A program made the position numbers and the translations under genes. This document shows, one piece after another, positions 30,249-40,502 of a stretch of 64,000 nt of DNA. The first letter of the stretch is position 1, and the number at the start of each line of letters is the position of its first letter. Under the pieces are notes generated by a model. That model searched no databases. It saw only the letters and a program-made list of their open reading frames with translations, and was not told the origin of the DNA. The DNA lies in assembly GCA_963798485.1 (NCBI GenBank), contig CAWCTR010000016.1:1-64000 (forward strand), in the 5' to 3' direction. The DNA comes from an uncultured delta proteobacterium (GTDB lineage Bacteria; Desulfobacterota; Desulfomonilia; UBA1062).

Positions 30249-30374
30249 TTATTTTTTCCTGGTGGCCTTCTTGATGATCGGTGCTGCCCTTTTTTTACTC
30301 TTCCTGGGCCTCGATTTGCCAAAGGTCCCGATCCAGATCTTGCCTCGTTTACTCTTCTGATCGCCCTTACCCAT
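30249..30374 (-). CDS. thx: 30S ribosomal protein bTHX (THX/bS31), 41 aa, absent from the ORF track
   Basis: Translates as [41 protein letters not shown], carrying the MGKGD.K..RGKI..G..GK.RP signature. GGGAGG RBS. Confidence 0.9.
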   Translation of the reverse strand: MGKGDQKSKRGKIWIGTFGKSRPRKSKKRAAPIIKKATRKK

Positions 30375-30556
30375 AAATGAATCCTCCCTGTGCAATCATC
30401 TGCTCATGATGGAATTCTTCCGTATGGAGCGCATTTCAATTCCCGTAAGCCTCTCCTGCCCTTGCCGGTTTAGAACCAGGATATAACCAATGTTTTTTCG
30501 TAAGGCACGCCATTTGTCAAGCAGGATCTGGAGATAAGGCAATAGGCACGAGATAG

Positions 30557-30589
30557 GTCCCCTCTCCCTCGATGGGAGAGGGACAGGGT
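30557..30589. repeat. REP-like hairpin (CCCTCTCCC...GGGAGAGGG), possibly the hslO terminator
   Basis: GTCCCCTCTCCC-TCGAT-GGGAGAGGGAC. Confidence 0.6.
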
Positions 30590-30605
30590 ATAGTAAGAAT
30601 AAGGT

Positions 30606-31481
30606 TCAATGCATCTCATGGAGCAGGCGCATGAGGTGCTCCTTGGTAAAGGCATAGCTGCGGCAGCAGAAGTGGCATGAGATGTCGAAGACCTCCCGGC
30701 CTTTGATAACCTCTTCCATCTGGGACTTGCCGAGCGTTATGAGGGCCTGTTCCACCCTGCCCCGGGAGCAGGTGCATTTGAACGAGAGCGGCCTTGTCTC
30801 GATGATCCGGTACGGGATCCCGTCAAATACTTCCGTAAGGATGCCTTCCGGTGTCTTGCCGTCGCGAAGCTGCCTCGTGACCGGCGGCATGTTCTCGATC
30901 CTTTCCGCCAGGGCATCGATGAGTGCATCATCGGCAGGGGGGAGGGATTGCACAAGGAATCCGCCCGAGGCGCTCACGACTCCGTCGGCCTCGACATAGA
31001 CCCCCAGGCCCACTGCCGAGGGTATCTGCTCCGATTCGGTGAGATAATATGCAAGGTCGGAAGCGATCTCCCCGGTGTAGAGCTTAACAACCCCATTATA
31101 CGGGTCTTTGAGCCTCAGGTCCTTGGTCACGGTGAGCAGGCCCTCCCTGCCCAGGGCGCCTCCCACGTCTAGCTTGCCGTTCCTGGGGGGCAGGTCAACC
31201 TGGGGCACCTCCACATATCCCCGCACCGTGCCGTCACCCTCTGCCTCAACGATGATCTTCCTGAGCGGTCCGTTTCCGGTGAACTTCAGCGCCACCCTCT
31301 GGCCCGGATCCAGCAATGCACCGAGAAGCCCGCCTCCGGTGAGCGCCCTGCCTAGGGCAGCCGTGGCGGTGGGATAGGTGCCGTGACGGTTCTGCGCATC
31401 GTTCACCAGGTTCGTGGTAATGCATGCAAGACCAAGGATGTTCTTCTCTTCAGTAATGACCCGTACCAGGTAGTCGTCCAT
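30606..31481 (-). CDS. hslO: Hsp33 redox-regulated chaperone
   Basis: SEQIPS and GGFLVQ motifs; C-terminal CxC...CxxC (CTCS...CHFC). Confidence 0.95.
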   Translation of the reverse strand: MDDYLVRVITEEKNILGLACITTNLVNDAQNRHGTYPTATAALGRALTGGGLLGALLDPGQRVALKFTGNGPLRKIIVEAEGDGTVRGYVEVPQVDLPPRNGKLDVGGALGREGLLTVTKDLRLKDPYNGVVKLYTGEIASDLAYYLTESEQIPSAVGLGVYVEADGVVSASGGFLVQSLPPADDALIDALAERIENMPPVTRQLRDGKTPEGILTEVFDGIPYRIIETRPLSFKCTCSRGRVEQALITLGKSQMEEVIKGREVFDISCHFCCRSYAFTKEHLMRLLHEMH

Positions 31482-31660
31482 TGATGCATATTCCTTTCAT
31501 TCATCATAGGGCGTTGTGCCGTTTCAATTCCTTCCTAGGATACGCACTGAAGGTATTCAAGGATATTCTTGCACAGTATCGTAAAGGTTATGTTTAAAGT
31601 GACGCCGTGCTGTTTCGGCAAAGCCTCAACAGCACGACGTGATCTGTTTAACGAATAATG

Positions 31661-31739
31661 AGAACTTGTCCGTAAATAAAATTGCATCCAATGATAACAG
31701 CACGTTATCCGGCGAGATACCTATTTACGGATAAGTTCT
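31661..31739. mobile_element. MITE-like 79-bp element with 18-bp terminal inverted repeats
   Basis: AGAACTTGTCCGTAAATA ... TATTTACGGATAAGTTCT, matching at 17 of 18 positions. Confidence 0.5.
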
Positions 31740-31745
31740 TAATCT

Positions 31746-32270
31746 CTAGATCTGTGGCTCAACCAGGGCAAGCCTTCCATCCTGGCGCTTATAGATGAGA
31801 TTGAGCTGCTTTGATTCGGTGTTCTGGAAGATAACGAATCGCTCAGGGGCCTCTTCCATAAGCTCGAGGGCCTCTTCCACGCTCATGGGACTGACAGCAT
31901 AGTTCTTCTCATAGATGAGGCGCGGTTTTGCCTTTTTACTGACCAAAGATGCAGCTGCCGCCGGCGGGGTTTTGGTTTGGGTCTTCTTGCCTTGGAGCTT
32001 TTCCTTGTGCTTTTTAATCTGCCTTTCCAGCTTATCCATTACCATGTCGATGGCCGAGTATAAGTCTTCAGTGATCTCTACGGCATTGATCACCACACCA
32101 TCGGCGGTCAGCGTGACATCAGCCTTGTGCCGGCGCTTTTCCACAGAAAGGACGACATGCGCTTCAGCGGTGCGGTCGATGTATTTGTCCATCTTCGAGA
32201 GCCTTTTGAACGCGTAGTCTTTCAGCGCATCGGAAGAGTCAATGTTTTTAAAGGTAATGTCGGTCTGCAT
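31746..32270 (-). CDS. hpf: Ribosome hibernation promoting factor (long HPF)
   Basis: DLYSAID..DKLERQIKK motif and C-terminal MSVEEA...IYKRQDG; follows rpoN. Confidence 0.93.
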   Translation of the reverse strand: MQTDITFKNIDSSDALKDYAFKRLSKMDKYIDRTAEAHVVLSVEKRRHKADVTLTADGVVINAVEITEDLYSAIDMVMDKLERQIKKHKEKLQGKKTQTKTPPAAAASLVSKKAKPRLIYEKNYAVSPMSVEEALELMEEAPERFVIFQNTESKQLNLIYKRQDGRLALVEPQI

Positions 32271-32299
32271 AAATCCTCCTCTCGTGGTTAAACAGTTAT

Positions 32300-33679
32300 T
32301 TAAAAATGTTTCTTCCTCTGGTTTGATGGAAGAATACCAAGCAATTCACGGTACTTGGCAACGGTCCTCCGTGCGATCCTCACCCCTTTCCCTTTTAGTT
32401 TATAAGCAATGGCCTGGTCGCTCAGGGGATGTTTGACATCCTCTACCTTAATAATATTTTCGATTTCACTCTTGACGCTCTGTGATGCAACAAAGCTACC
32501 ATCACTTTTGGATATGCCGCTGTTGAAAAAATATTTGAGCTCGAATGTTCCCTGGGTCGTATGCACATATTTATTAGATGTAACCCTGCTTATAGTGGAT
32601 TCATGCATGCCCACGTCATCGGCAACATCTCTTAAGACCAACGGCTTCAGGTTGGTTATCCCATGGTCGAGAAATTCTTTCTGGAATTTTACAATGCTCT
32701 CGGTGACCTTGCACAGGGTATTCTGTCTCTGCTGTATGCTCTTCAATAACCATTGGGCGGACTTGAAGCAGTCGGAGAGATAGTTTTTGGCCATCTTGCC
32801 CATGTTGTCGGACTTCATCATGATCTGGTATTCCTTGTTGAGCTTTAGGATGGGCAAATCCTCATCATTGAGCAGGACCACATATTCACCCTCGAGTTTG
32901 ACTACATAGACATCAGGGACAATGTACTGCGGTGGATCGTCGGAATAGTCCCTGGCCGGCCTGGGTTCCATGTTGACAATGATCTGGGCTGCCTGGGCCA
33001 CATCATCCACGGTTGCAGAGAGTTCCTGGGCGATCTTGTTGTAGTTCTTGGTCTGGAGGTCCTCGAGATGGGAATCAATGATACTCCACACCAGGGTATT
33101 CTCCAGGCCCAGTATTCTTGCCTGGATCTTGAGACAGTCCCGTAGGTCGCGGGCAGCGATACCGGGCGGGTCAAACCGCTGTACCTTGGCCACTGCGGAT
33201 TCAACAACCTCAGGCATAGCACCGGTTTCCTGGCATATGGCCTCAGTATCAAGGATCATGTAGCCATTGTGATCGAGGTTGCCGATAATAAAGAAGCCGA
33301 CTTCCTGTTCTTTTTCAGTGAAATCATTGAGCCTCAGTTGCCAGAGAAGATGATCAAAAAGGCCTTCGGGTTTGCAGGTGGTGGATTCAATGGAGGGCCG
33401 CTCTTCGTCTTCGTAGTATGGGACATTGTCCTGGCCGTATGTTTCCAGGTATGCATCCCATCTCTGTTTGAGCTGTTCCCTCTCCTTTACGACATCAGGG
33501 GTGTCCTCACGCTGGCTTTCGGCTCCCACATCAAGCAAGGGGTTCTGTTCGAGCTCGCTTTCTATGTATTCCTGCAGTTCGAGCCGGCTGAGCTGCAGGA
33601 GTTTGATGGCCTGCTGGAGCTGTGGCGTCATAATGAGTTGCTGCGCCAGCTTGAGATGTTGCTTAAGCTCCAATGCCAT
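32300..33679 (-). CDS. rpoN: RNA polymerase sigma-54 factor
   Basis: MTPQLQQAIKLLQL, HESTISR and the RpoN box ARRTVAKYRE. Confidence 0.97.
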   Translation of the reverse strand: MALELKQHLKLAQQLIMTPQLQQAIKLLQLSRLELQEYIESELEQNPLLDVGAESQREDTPDVVKEREQLKQRWDAYLETYGQDNVPYYEDEERPSIESTTCKPEGLFDHLLWQLRLNDFTEKEQEVGFFIIGNLDHNGYMILDTEAICQETGAMPEVVESAVAKVQRFDPPGIAARDLRDCLKIQARILGLENTLVWSIIDSHLEDLQTKNYNKIAQELSATVDDVAQAAQIIVNMEPRPARDYSDDPPQYIVPDVYVVKLEGEYVVLLNDEDLPILKLNKEYQIMMKSDNMGKMAKNYLSDCFKSAQWLLKSIQQRQNTLCKVTESIVKFQKEFLDHGITNLKPLVLRDVADDVGMHESTISRVTSNKYVHTTQGTFELKYFFNSGISKSDGSFVASQSVKSEIENIIKVEDVKHPLSDQAIAYKLKGKGVRIARRTVAKYRELLGILPSNQRKKHF

Positions 33680-33691
33680 CCTTAACCCCTT

Positions 33692-34411
33692 CTAGAGAGA
33701 AAAATCCTTGCCCACATAGATCTGCTTAACCTGATCATTTGCCACTACCTGTTCCGGGGTTCCTTCCTCAATAACAACACCCTGATGGATAATATATGCC
33801 CTGTCACATATCTTCAGGGTTTCTTTTACATTATGATCGGTAATAATGACACCAATTCCCAATTTTTTCAAGTTTACTATCATATCCTGTATGTCACCTA
33901 CCGTGATGGGGTCAATCCCGGCGAACGGTTCATCCAGGAGCATGAATGCAGGGCTCAGGGCCATGGCCCTGGCGATCTCAACGCGACGCCTCTCTCCGCC
34001 GGAGAGTGAGACACCTTTGGTCCTTCGTACCTGATCAAGCCCGAAGCTTGCCACTATCTCATCAAGGTTCTGTTTCAGAGCACTTCCCCTTAATCCCCTT
34101 GCTTCCAAAGGGACAGCAATATTGTCCTCCACACTCAAGCCCCTGAATACGGAGGGCTCCTGCGGCAGATAGCCGATGCCTCTCATGGCCCGGCCTGCGA
34201 GATCGATACCGGTGATATCTTCGGCGCCCAAGAAGACCTTGCCCTTGTCCACGCGGATGAGCCCGACAATCATATAGAAGGTTGTGGTCTTTCCTGCGCC
34301 GTTGGGGCCTAAGAGCCCAATGATCTCACCAGGGTTGCATGCAATAGAGAGCCCTTTGATGACATGGACCTTTCCAAAGCTTTTTTCAAGGCCCACGGCC
34401 TTTAAGGTCAT
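33692..34411 (-). CDS. lptB: LPS export ABC ATPase
   Basis: GPNGAGKTT, YLPQE, LSGGERRRVEIAR, DEPFAG and TDHNV motifs. Confidence 0.95.
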   Translation of the reverse strand: MTLKAVGLEKSFGKVHVIKGLSIACNPGEIIGLLGPNGAGKTTTFYMIVGLIRVDKGKVFLGAEDITGIDLAGRAMRGIGYLPQEPSVFRGLSVEDNIAVPLEARGLRGSALKQNLDEIVASFGLDQVRRTKGVSLSGGERRRVEIARAMALSPAFMLLDEPFAGIDPITVGDIQDMIVNLKKLGIGVIITDHNVKETLKICDRAYIIHQGVVIEEGTPEQVVANDQVKQIYVGKDFSL

Positions 34412-34914
34412 TTCCCCCACTGCATGACCCCCTTGCTCTCTCCTGCATTCACCCGGACTTTCACCCTGCCGCCCGCACCTTCAACCACCTGGGTATCGTT
34501 CTTTTTATCCATGGTTACCTTCTGGCCGGATACCCGTTCCTGGCCTCTGGTGATGACAACGTTGCCGGTCATTACCATAACATCATTTGTAAGGTTATAT
34601 TCCGCCTTGCTGCACGTAGCATCTTTGTCTTTCCAAAGAATGGTCACGTCACCCTCGGCGGTCAACAAGGTAACCTTCCGGGATTTCTGGTCGTACAATA
34701 AGGTGAGGGTGTCTCCCTTGACGGTGATATCCGGTTTGACTGCCTTTACCTTGCCTTTGAATATTGCCGTACCGTTCTTGGTGTTCACGTCCAGTCTGTC
34801 CGCCTCGATATCTACCATATCGGTTGCAGCCACAGGCGTCTTGAGGGCCTCCGCATGAAGCGCATGCGGCAACAACACGCTAAGGATTAAGAATATTCTG
34901 CATAATCTGCGCAT
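34408..34914 (-). CDS. lptA: LPS transport periplasmic protein
   Basis: Signal peptide and OstA-like beta-jellyroll motifs; lies between lptC and lptB. Confidence 0.85.
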   Translation of the reverse strand: MRRLCRIFLILSVLLPHALHAEALKTPVAATDMVDIEADRLDVNTKNGTAIFKGKVKAVKPDITVKGDTLTLLYDQKSRKVTLLTAEGDVTILWKDKDATCSKAEYNLTNDVMVMTGNVVITRGQERVSGQKVTMDKKNDTQVVEGAGGRVKVRVNAGESKGVMQWGK

Positions 34915-35413
34915 GAACCCTGCCTATAAAAGCGATCCTCGTAAACTCTTCGGAAAACTCCGCCTTATCCGAGGTTATGATCCCATCTTTTGATTCGAGC
35001 CTAACGGGATTATCCGTATGGGCGGCATCTTTCTCCCTGTTCCAGGTAAGGCCGTTCAGTATCGCCTGAGAGCCACCCACCCTGTTGATAACCACCTGAT
35101 TCCTGACCTCCAGTATGGAGCTGGTGCGATCATAGATTGCGTCTGTCCCGCTCATGGTCAGCTCACCTGGTTGGGTGAGAAGAAAATCCTTAAGATGCAC
35201 GACCTGCCCCCCTGTCTCATCCACCTCCCGGGCGGACACCTCCATGGTCTTGCCGTTTTGGTGTTTACGCTCGAACATTACCACATTCATGGCCTGGCGT
35301 TTGAGCTGTGCGCCCTTGTTCAGGGACGGCCCCCGTTCATTTTCACGGGAAATTGAGACAATGAATGTTAGTGCGATGATGACAAGCGTGAACCAGATCA
35401 GCTTATTCCACAT
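34880..35413 (-). CDS. lptC: LPS export protein
   Basis: N-terminal TM segment, HTDNPV motif and conserved synteny. Confidence 0.75.
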   Translation of the reverse strand: MWNKLIWFTLVIIALTFIVSISRENERGPSLNKGAQLKRQAMNVVMFERKHQNGKTMEVSAREVDETGGQVVHLKDFLLTQPGELTMSGTDAIYDRTSSILEVRNQVVINRVGGSQAILNGLTWNREKDAAHTDNPVRLESKDGIITSDKAEFSEEFTRIAFIGRVHAQIMQNILNP

Positions 35414-35906
35414 AGCGCTCCATGACCTTATCGAAAAGACCCTCGCGCTTCAACAGTATTTCAATGGCCTCTCTGACCGCCCCGTGCCCGCCCGGTTTGG
35501 TGGTCACCACGTCACAGCGCTCCTTCACCATATCCATGGCATCGGCCGGGGCAAAGGTCATACCGCAGACGGACATGGGGGGGAGGTCCACAACATCATC
35601 CCCCATGTAGGCCATGTTTATCGGTTCAATGCCAAGCTTGCCCGCCGCTTCCAGCAATAACGGTTTTTTATCTATGGCTCCCTGGAAGACATGCATGATA
35701 CCGAGTTCGGCTGCCCGGTACTCCAGGGCCTTTGATGTCCTGCCGGTAATGATGACCACCTCGATACCGGCCCTCAGGAGCATCCTGAGGCCGTGCCCGT
35801 CCTTAGAGTTAAAGGCCTTGATCTGGGTACCCTCATCGGTAAAATAGATTCGGGAGTCTGTGAGTACACCGTCTACATCGAGTACAAGGCACGAGATCTT
35901 GTTCAT
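35403..35906 (-). CDS. kdsC: KDO 8-phosphate phosphatase
   Basis: HAD motif DVDGVLTD, GDDVVD and GGHGAVRE. Confidence 0.93.
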   Translation of the reverse strand: MNKISCLVLDVDGVLTDSRIYFTDEGTQIKAFNSKDGHGLRMLLRAGIEVVIITGRTSKALEYRAAELGIMHVFQGAIDKKPLLLEAAGKLGIEPINMAYMGDDVVDLPPMSVCGMTFAPADAMDMVKERCDVVTTKPGGHGAVREAIEILLKREGLFDKVMERYVE

Positions 35907-36715
35907 GAGGCCACCTTATGGATCTTTTTCAATTGAATCAGGAGCGGCTCAAGATCATCGAGCCTCAGGCTGTTGGGCCCGTCGCTCAGCGCCAGGGCCG
36001 GGTTGTCATGCACCTCCAGGAAGACGCCGTCGAGCCCGAAGGCAACCCCTGCGCGGGCCAGATGGGGGATATATTCGCTGTTACCGCCCGAAGATGCACC
36101 CTGCCCGCCTGGAAGCTGGAGGCTGTGGGTCACATCCAGGATCACGGGAAAACCAAGCGAACGCATGATGGCAAGGCTCCTCAAGTCACACACCAGGTTG
36201 TTATACCCCAGGCTCGCTCCACGCTCGGTGAGGACGATGGCATTGTTACCCGTACTTTGCACCTTTGAGGCGGCATTGGACATGTCCCATGGCGCCATGA
36301 ACTGCCCTTTTTTGATGTTCACCGGCAGGCCTGTGGCACCGGCTGCAACCAGGAGATCCGTCTGCCGGCACAGGAACGCCGGGATCTGGAGCATGTCCAG
36401 TACCTCTGCAGCAGGACCCGCCTGGGAAGGATCGTGGATATCCGATACGACGGGGATGGATAATTCTTTTTTGATCTTATCCAGGATCTTAAGGCCCTTG
36501 ATGAGACCAGGGCCACGATATGAATCAATGGATGAGCGGTTCGCCTTGTCAAAGGAGGCCTTGAAGATATAGGGAATCCCGATGCGTGAGGCGATGTCCC
36601 GGATGTTTTGGGCCATAAACAGGGCATGGTCTTCTGATTCGATGACGCACGGACCCGCGATCAAGACCAGGCCGCCACTACCGATAGTGATGTCATGAAT
36701 CTTTATCTTATGCAT
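35903..36715 (-). CDS. kdsA: KDO 8-phosphate synthase
   Basis: GPCVIES, KANRSS, IPAFLCRQTD and KKGQF motifs. Confidence 0.96.
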   Translation of the reverse strand: MHKIKIHDITIGSGGLVLIAGPCVIESEDHALFMAQNIRDIASRIGIPYIFKASFDKANRSSIDSYRGPGLIKGLKILDKIKKELSIPVVSDIHDPSQAGPAAEVLDMLQIPAFLCRQTDLLVAAGATGLPVNIKKGQFMAPWDMSNAASKVQSTGNNAIVLTERGASLGYNNLVCDLRSLAIMRSLGFPVILDVTHSLQLPGGQGASSGGNSEYIPHLARAGVAFGLDGVFLEVHDNPALALSDGPNSLRLDDLEPLLIQLKKIHKVAS

Positions 36716-36924
36716 AAACCCCTTCTCAATTGTGTAACCGAGCCGCCATGCATAATACTAACCGGCGCTCCTGTTAGAAGATTTATCGTATGGCAAGGGG
36801 GGTGTCAAGCAATCACAAGAAAAGATCTTGAAACATCTTCTGTTAGAACCTAAACATTATATAGGTTAGGGTGAGTGAAACGAATCCCAACGATTTTATT
36901 TGGGGACAAAGGAGTCTTACAGGG

Positions 36925-39571
36925 ATGGATGTAAACAAATTTACGCAAAAATCGCAGGAAGCGCTTGCCAACGCCCAGAATACCGCTGTCCGGTTCGGAC
37001 ATGCCGAGATGGACGTGGAGCACCTGCTGCTGGCGCTGATCGAGCAGCCGGACGGACTCGTGCCCAGGCTCATTGCCAAGATGGACGTGCCATTACCGAG
37101 CTTTGCCGCCGAGGTGGTCAAAGAGCTCGAACGCAGGCCCAAGGTATCCGGCCCCGGGGCGGAACCCGGCAAGATACTCGTTTCCCAGAGGCTGGGCAGG
37201 GTCCTGGTGAAGGCCAAGGAAGAGGCTGCGCGCCTCAAGGATGAATATGTATCTGTCGAGCACCTGCTCTTTGCCATGATCGAAGAGGGCAAGTCCTCAC
37301 CGGCGGCAAAGATCCTTGCCCAGTTCAAGATCACCAAAGAGCGCCTGCTGCAGGCACTGACCTCCATAAGGGGCAACCAGCGCGTGACCAGCGACAACCC
37401 CGAGACCGCCTACGAGGCCCTGGAGAAGTACGGCATCGACCTCGTGGCCCAGGCCCAACTCGGCAAGCTCGACCCGGTCATCGGGCGCGACGCCGAGATC
37501 AGGCGCGTGGTGCGCATCCTTTCGAGAAAGACCAAGAACAACCCGGTACTCATCGGCGAACCGGGAGTGGGTAAGACGGCGATCGTGGAAGGCCTGGCCC
37601 AGAGGATCGTGCGCGGGGATGTGCCCGAGGGGCTCAAGGACAAGACCGTGTTCTCCCTGGACATGGGTTCCCTTGTCGCAGGGGCAAAGTACCGGGGCGA
37701 ATTTGAGGAGCGGTCTGAAGGCCGTTCTGGCCGAGATCAAGGCGAGCGAAGGCAGGATACTGCTCTTTATCGACGAGCTGCACAATATCGTAGGCGCCGG
37801 CAGGGCCGAGGGCTCCATGGACGCAGGCAACATGCTCAAGCCCATGCTGGCAAGAGGCGAACTCCACTGCATCGGAGCTACCACACTGGATGAGTACCGC
37901 AAGTACGTTGAAAAGGACAAGGCCCTGGAGCGCCGTTTCCAGCCCGTAGTGGTGGAGCCGCCCACCGTGGAGGACACCATTTCGATCCTGCGGGGGCTCA
38001 AGGAGCGGTTCGAGGTGCACCACGGGGTGAAGATCCTGGACAACTCTCTCGTTGCTGCATCCATACTGTCCAACCGCTACATCACGGACCGTTTCCTGCC
38101 GGACAAGGCCATTGACCTGGTGGATGAGGCATGTGCCATGATCCGCACCGAGATCGACTCCATGCCGTCTGAACTCGACACGGTGACACGCAAGATCATG
38201 CAACTGGAGATCGAAGAGGCGGCCCTGAAAAAGGAGAAGGACAAGGCTTCTCACGCCAGGCTCGATGAGCTTCGTAACGAGCTGGCCGACCTCAAGGAGC
38301 ACTCAGGCGCCATGCGCGCCCAGTGGGAGAGCGAGAAGGAATCCATCCACAAGATCACCAGGGTGAGAGAAGAGATCGAGGAGACCAAGCGCCTCATCGA
38401 ACGCGCCGAGCGGGATTACGACCTGAACAAGGCCGCCGAACTCAGGCACGGAAAGCTTCCCCAGCTGGAGCGGCATCTTGCCGAGGCTGAAAAGACCGAA
38501 GGCACTTCAAAGACAAGGCTGCTGCGCGAGAGTGTGACCGAAGACGTGATCGCGGACATCGTGTCGCGCTGGACCGGCATCCCTGTCTCCCGGCTCGTGG
38601 AAGGGGAGAAGGAAAAACTGCTGCGGCTCGATGATATCCTTCACAAGCGGATCATAGGCCAGGATGAGGCGGTTAAGGCCGTTGCGGATGCGGTCATCCG
38701 GGCGCGCTCAGGCATCAAGGACCCGCGGCGGCCCATCGGCTCGTTCATCTTTTTAGGCCCCACGGGCGTGGGCAAGACCGAGCTCGCCAAGGCCCTGGCC
38801 GAGGCCCTGTTCGACACGGAAGAAAACATGGTCCGCATCGACATGAGCGAGTACATGGAGAAGCATGCAGTGTCCCGCCTCATCGGATCACCCCCTGGTT
38901 ACGTCGGGTATGAAGAGGGCGGCCAGCTTACCGAGGCGGTCAGGCGCAAGCCATATTCCGTGGTGCTCTTCGACGAGATCGAGAAGGCCCACAGCGATGT
39001 GTTCAACGTGCTCCTGCAGATCCTGGATGACGGCAGGGCCACCGACTCCCACGGCAGGACCGTAAACTTCAAGAACACGGTCATCATTATGACCAGCAAC
39101 ATAGGGTCTGCCGACCTTATCGAAGGGGTGAGCAAGGACGGCGAGATAAGCGAGAAGGCGAGGAAGGCCGTGCTCTCTGAGATGCGAGAGCACTTCAAGC
39201 CCGAGTTCCTCAACAGGGTGGACGACATCGTGCTCTTTAAGGCCCTCACACTCTCCGAGATCAAGCAGATCGTAGTGCTGCTCGCCTCTGAGATCGAAAA
39301 ACGGCTTGCCGAGCGTCAGATCAGTTTCTCTCTCAGCGAGGCCGCCAAGGAATTCATCGCCAAAGAGGGGTATGACCCGGTCTATGGGGCACGGCCTTTG
39401 AAGCGGTTTATCCAGCGTGAGCTTGAGACCAAGCTCGGCCGGGCCATCATAGCGGGGGATGTCATGGACGGCTCTGAGGTGGCGGTGGATGTGAAGGGAT
39501 CAGAACTGGTTTTCAAGATGGGAAAACCTCAAGGGCATGACAAGCCGACCCAGGCCGCCGCAAAAGCATAA
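36925..39571 (+). CDS. clpB: Chaperone ClpB, frameshifted at about 37714
   Basis: Two AAA+ modules (GEPGVGKT and GPTGVGKT) and a coiled-coil M domain. One extra T in GAG CGG T CTG AAG breaks FEERLK. Confidence 0.95.
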
Positions 39572-39599
39572 ATTAGGGATGATCCGATTACCTCACCGA

Positions 39600-40502
39600 C
39601 TATTTTGATGAGATGATAAGGCCAATGGCAAGGAGCACACCATAGAGCAAGGAAAGACGGGCAGTCAAGGCAAGGGCTTCATTCAGGACCGACCCAGTCT
39701 GGATCATGACCCCACGGGCCGTACTCCAGGCCATTGGAACAGAGATCAGAGGAAGGAGCATCCAAAGACTTGAGCCTCTAACAACCCAGAGCAGAACTGC
39801 CATCAGGTACGATGAAGTTATGAGTATGATAAACTCTATGCGGGTTGCTCTCTCACCAAGAATGACGGCCAGGGTACGTTTATTGACCTTGGCATCCGTA
39901 CCTAGGTCCCTCAAATTATTCACTACGAGTATTGCGGTAATCAATAGGCCTATGGGTATCGACGCCATTACAGCCAGCAAAGTAATATGCAAAGTTTGAA
40001 CATAATAGGTTCCGCAAACCGCAACTAGCCCAAAGAAAATAAATACAAAGAGGTCTCCGAGTCCATGGGAAGCAAGTGGATAAGGGCCACCGCTGTACAT
40101 AAGCGCTGCAAGGATAGATGAAACACCGACAGCAAAGATGGGTAAGCCGGCCACTATGATGAGATAGATCCCAATGCACGCCACTATGAAGAAGGTGAAA
40201 AACATGGCATTCCTTACTTTATTCGGCGAGATCAGTCCACTGTGGGTCACCCGGATGGGACCGACTCGCTCTTCAGTGTCGAATCCCCTGACAGAGTCGA
40301 AGTAGTCATTGGCCAGATTCACGCCTACCTGGAGCAGCAGGCTACCCGCCAACGCTGCAATGGCTGGCAGCAACTTAAATTGACTATCGGCACAAGCTGC
40401 AGCTGAGCCGACTATAACCGGAGTAATTGAAGCAGGTAGTGTCCTTGGGCGGATCGCAAGCAGCCAAGCCTGTGAAGAAGATAGTGCATCTTTTCTTCTC
40501 AT
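39600..40502 (-). CDS. menA: 1,4-dihydroxy-2-naphthoate polyprenyltransferase
   Basis: RPRTL, NLANDYFD and NNLRD...KRTLAV motifs; multiple TM segments. Confidence 0.93.
   Translation of the reverse strand: MRRKDALSSSQAWLLAIRPRTLPASITPVIVGSAAACADSQFKLLPAIAALAGSLLLQVGVNLANDYFDSVRGFDTEERVGPIRVTHSGLISPNKVRNAMFFTFFIVACIGIYLIIVAGLPIFAVGVSSILAALMYSGGPYPLASHGLGDLFVFIFFGLVAVCGTYYVQTLHITLLAVMASIPIGLLITAILVVNNLRDLGTDAKVNKRTLAVILGERATRIEFIILITSSYLMAVLLWVVRGSSLWMLLPLISVPMAWSTARGVMIQTGSVLNEALALTARLSLLYGVLLAIGLIISSK

Noticed and set aside
30083-30322. 79-aa basic ORF in the track
   Set aside because: Wrong frame; the real gene is the overlapping bTHX ORF at 30249..30374.
31600-31640. c-di-GMP-I riboswitch suggested by GCAAAGCCTC
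   Set aside because: The GGCAAACC...GAAA...GGGACGC core is missing; only a simple hairpin is present.
37700-37725. Programmed frameshift in clpB
   Set aside because: The break is inside the conserved FEERLK motif of NBD1 with no slippery site; most likely a sequencing error.
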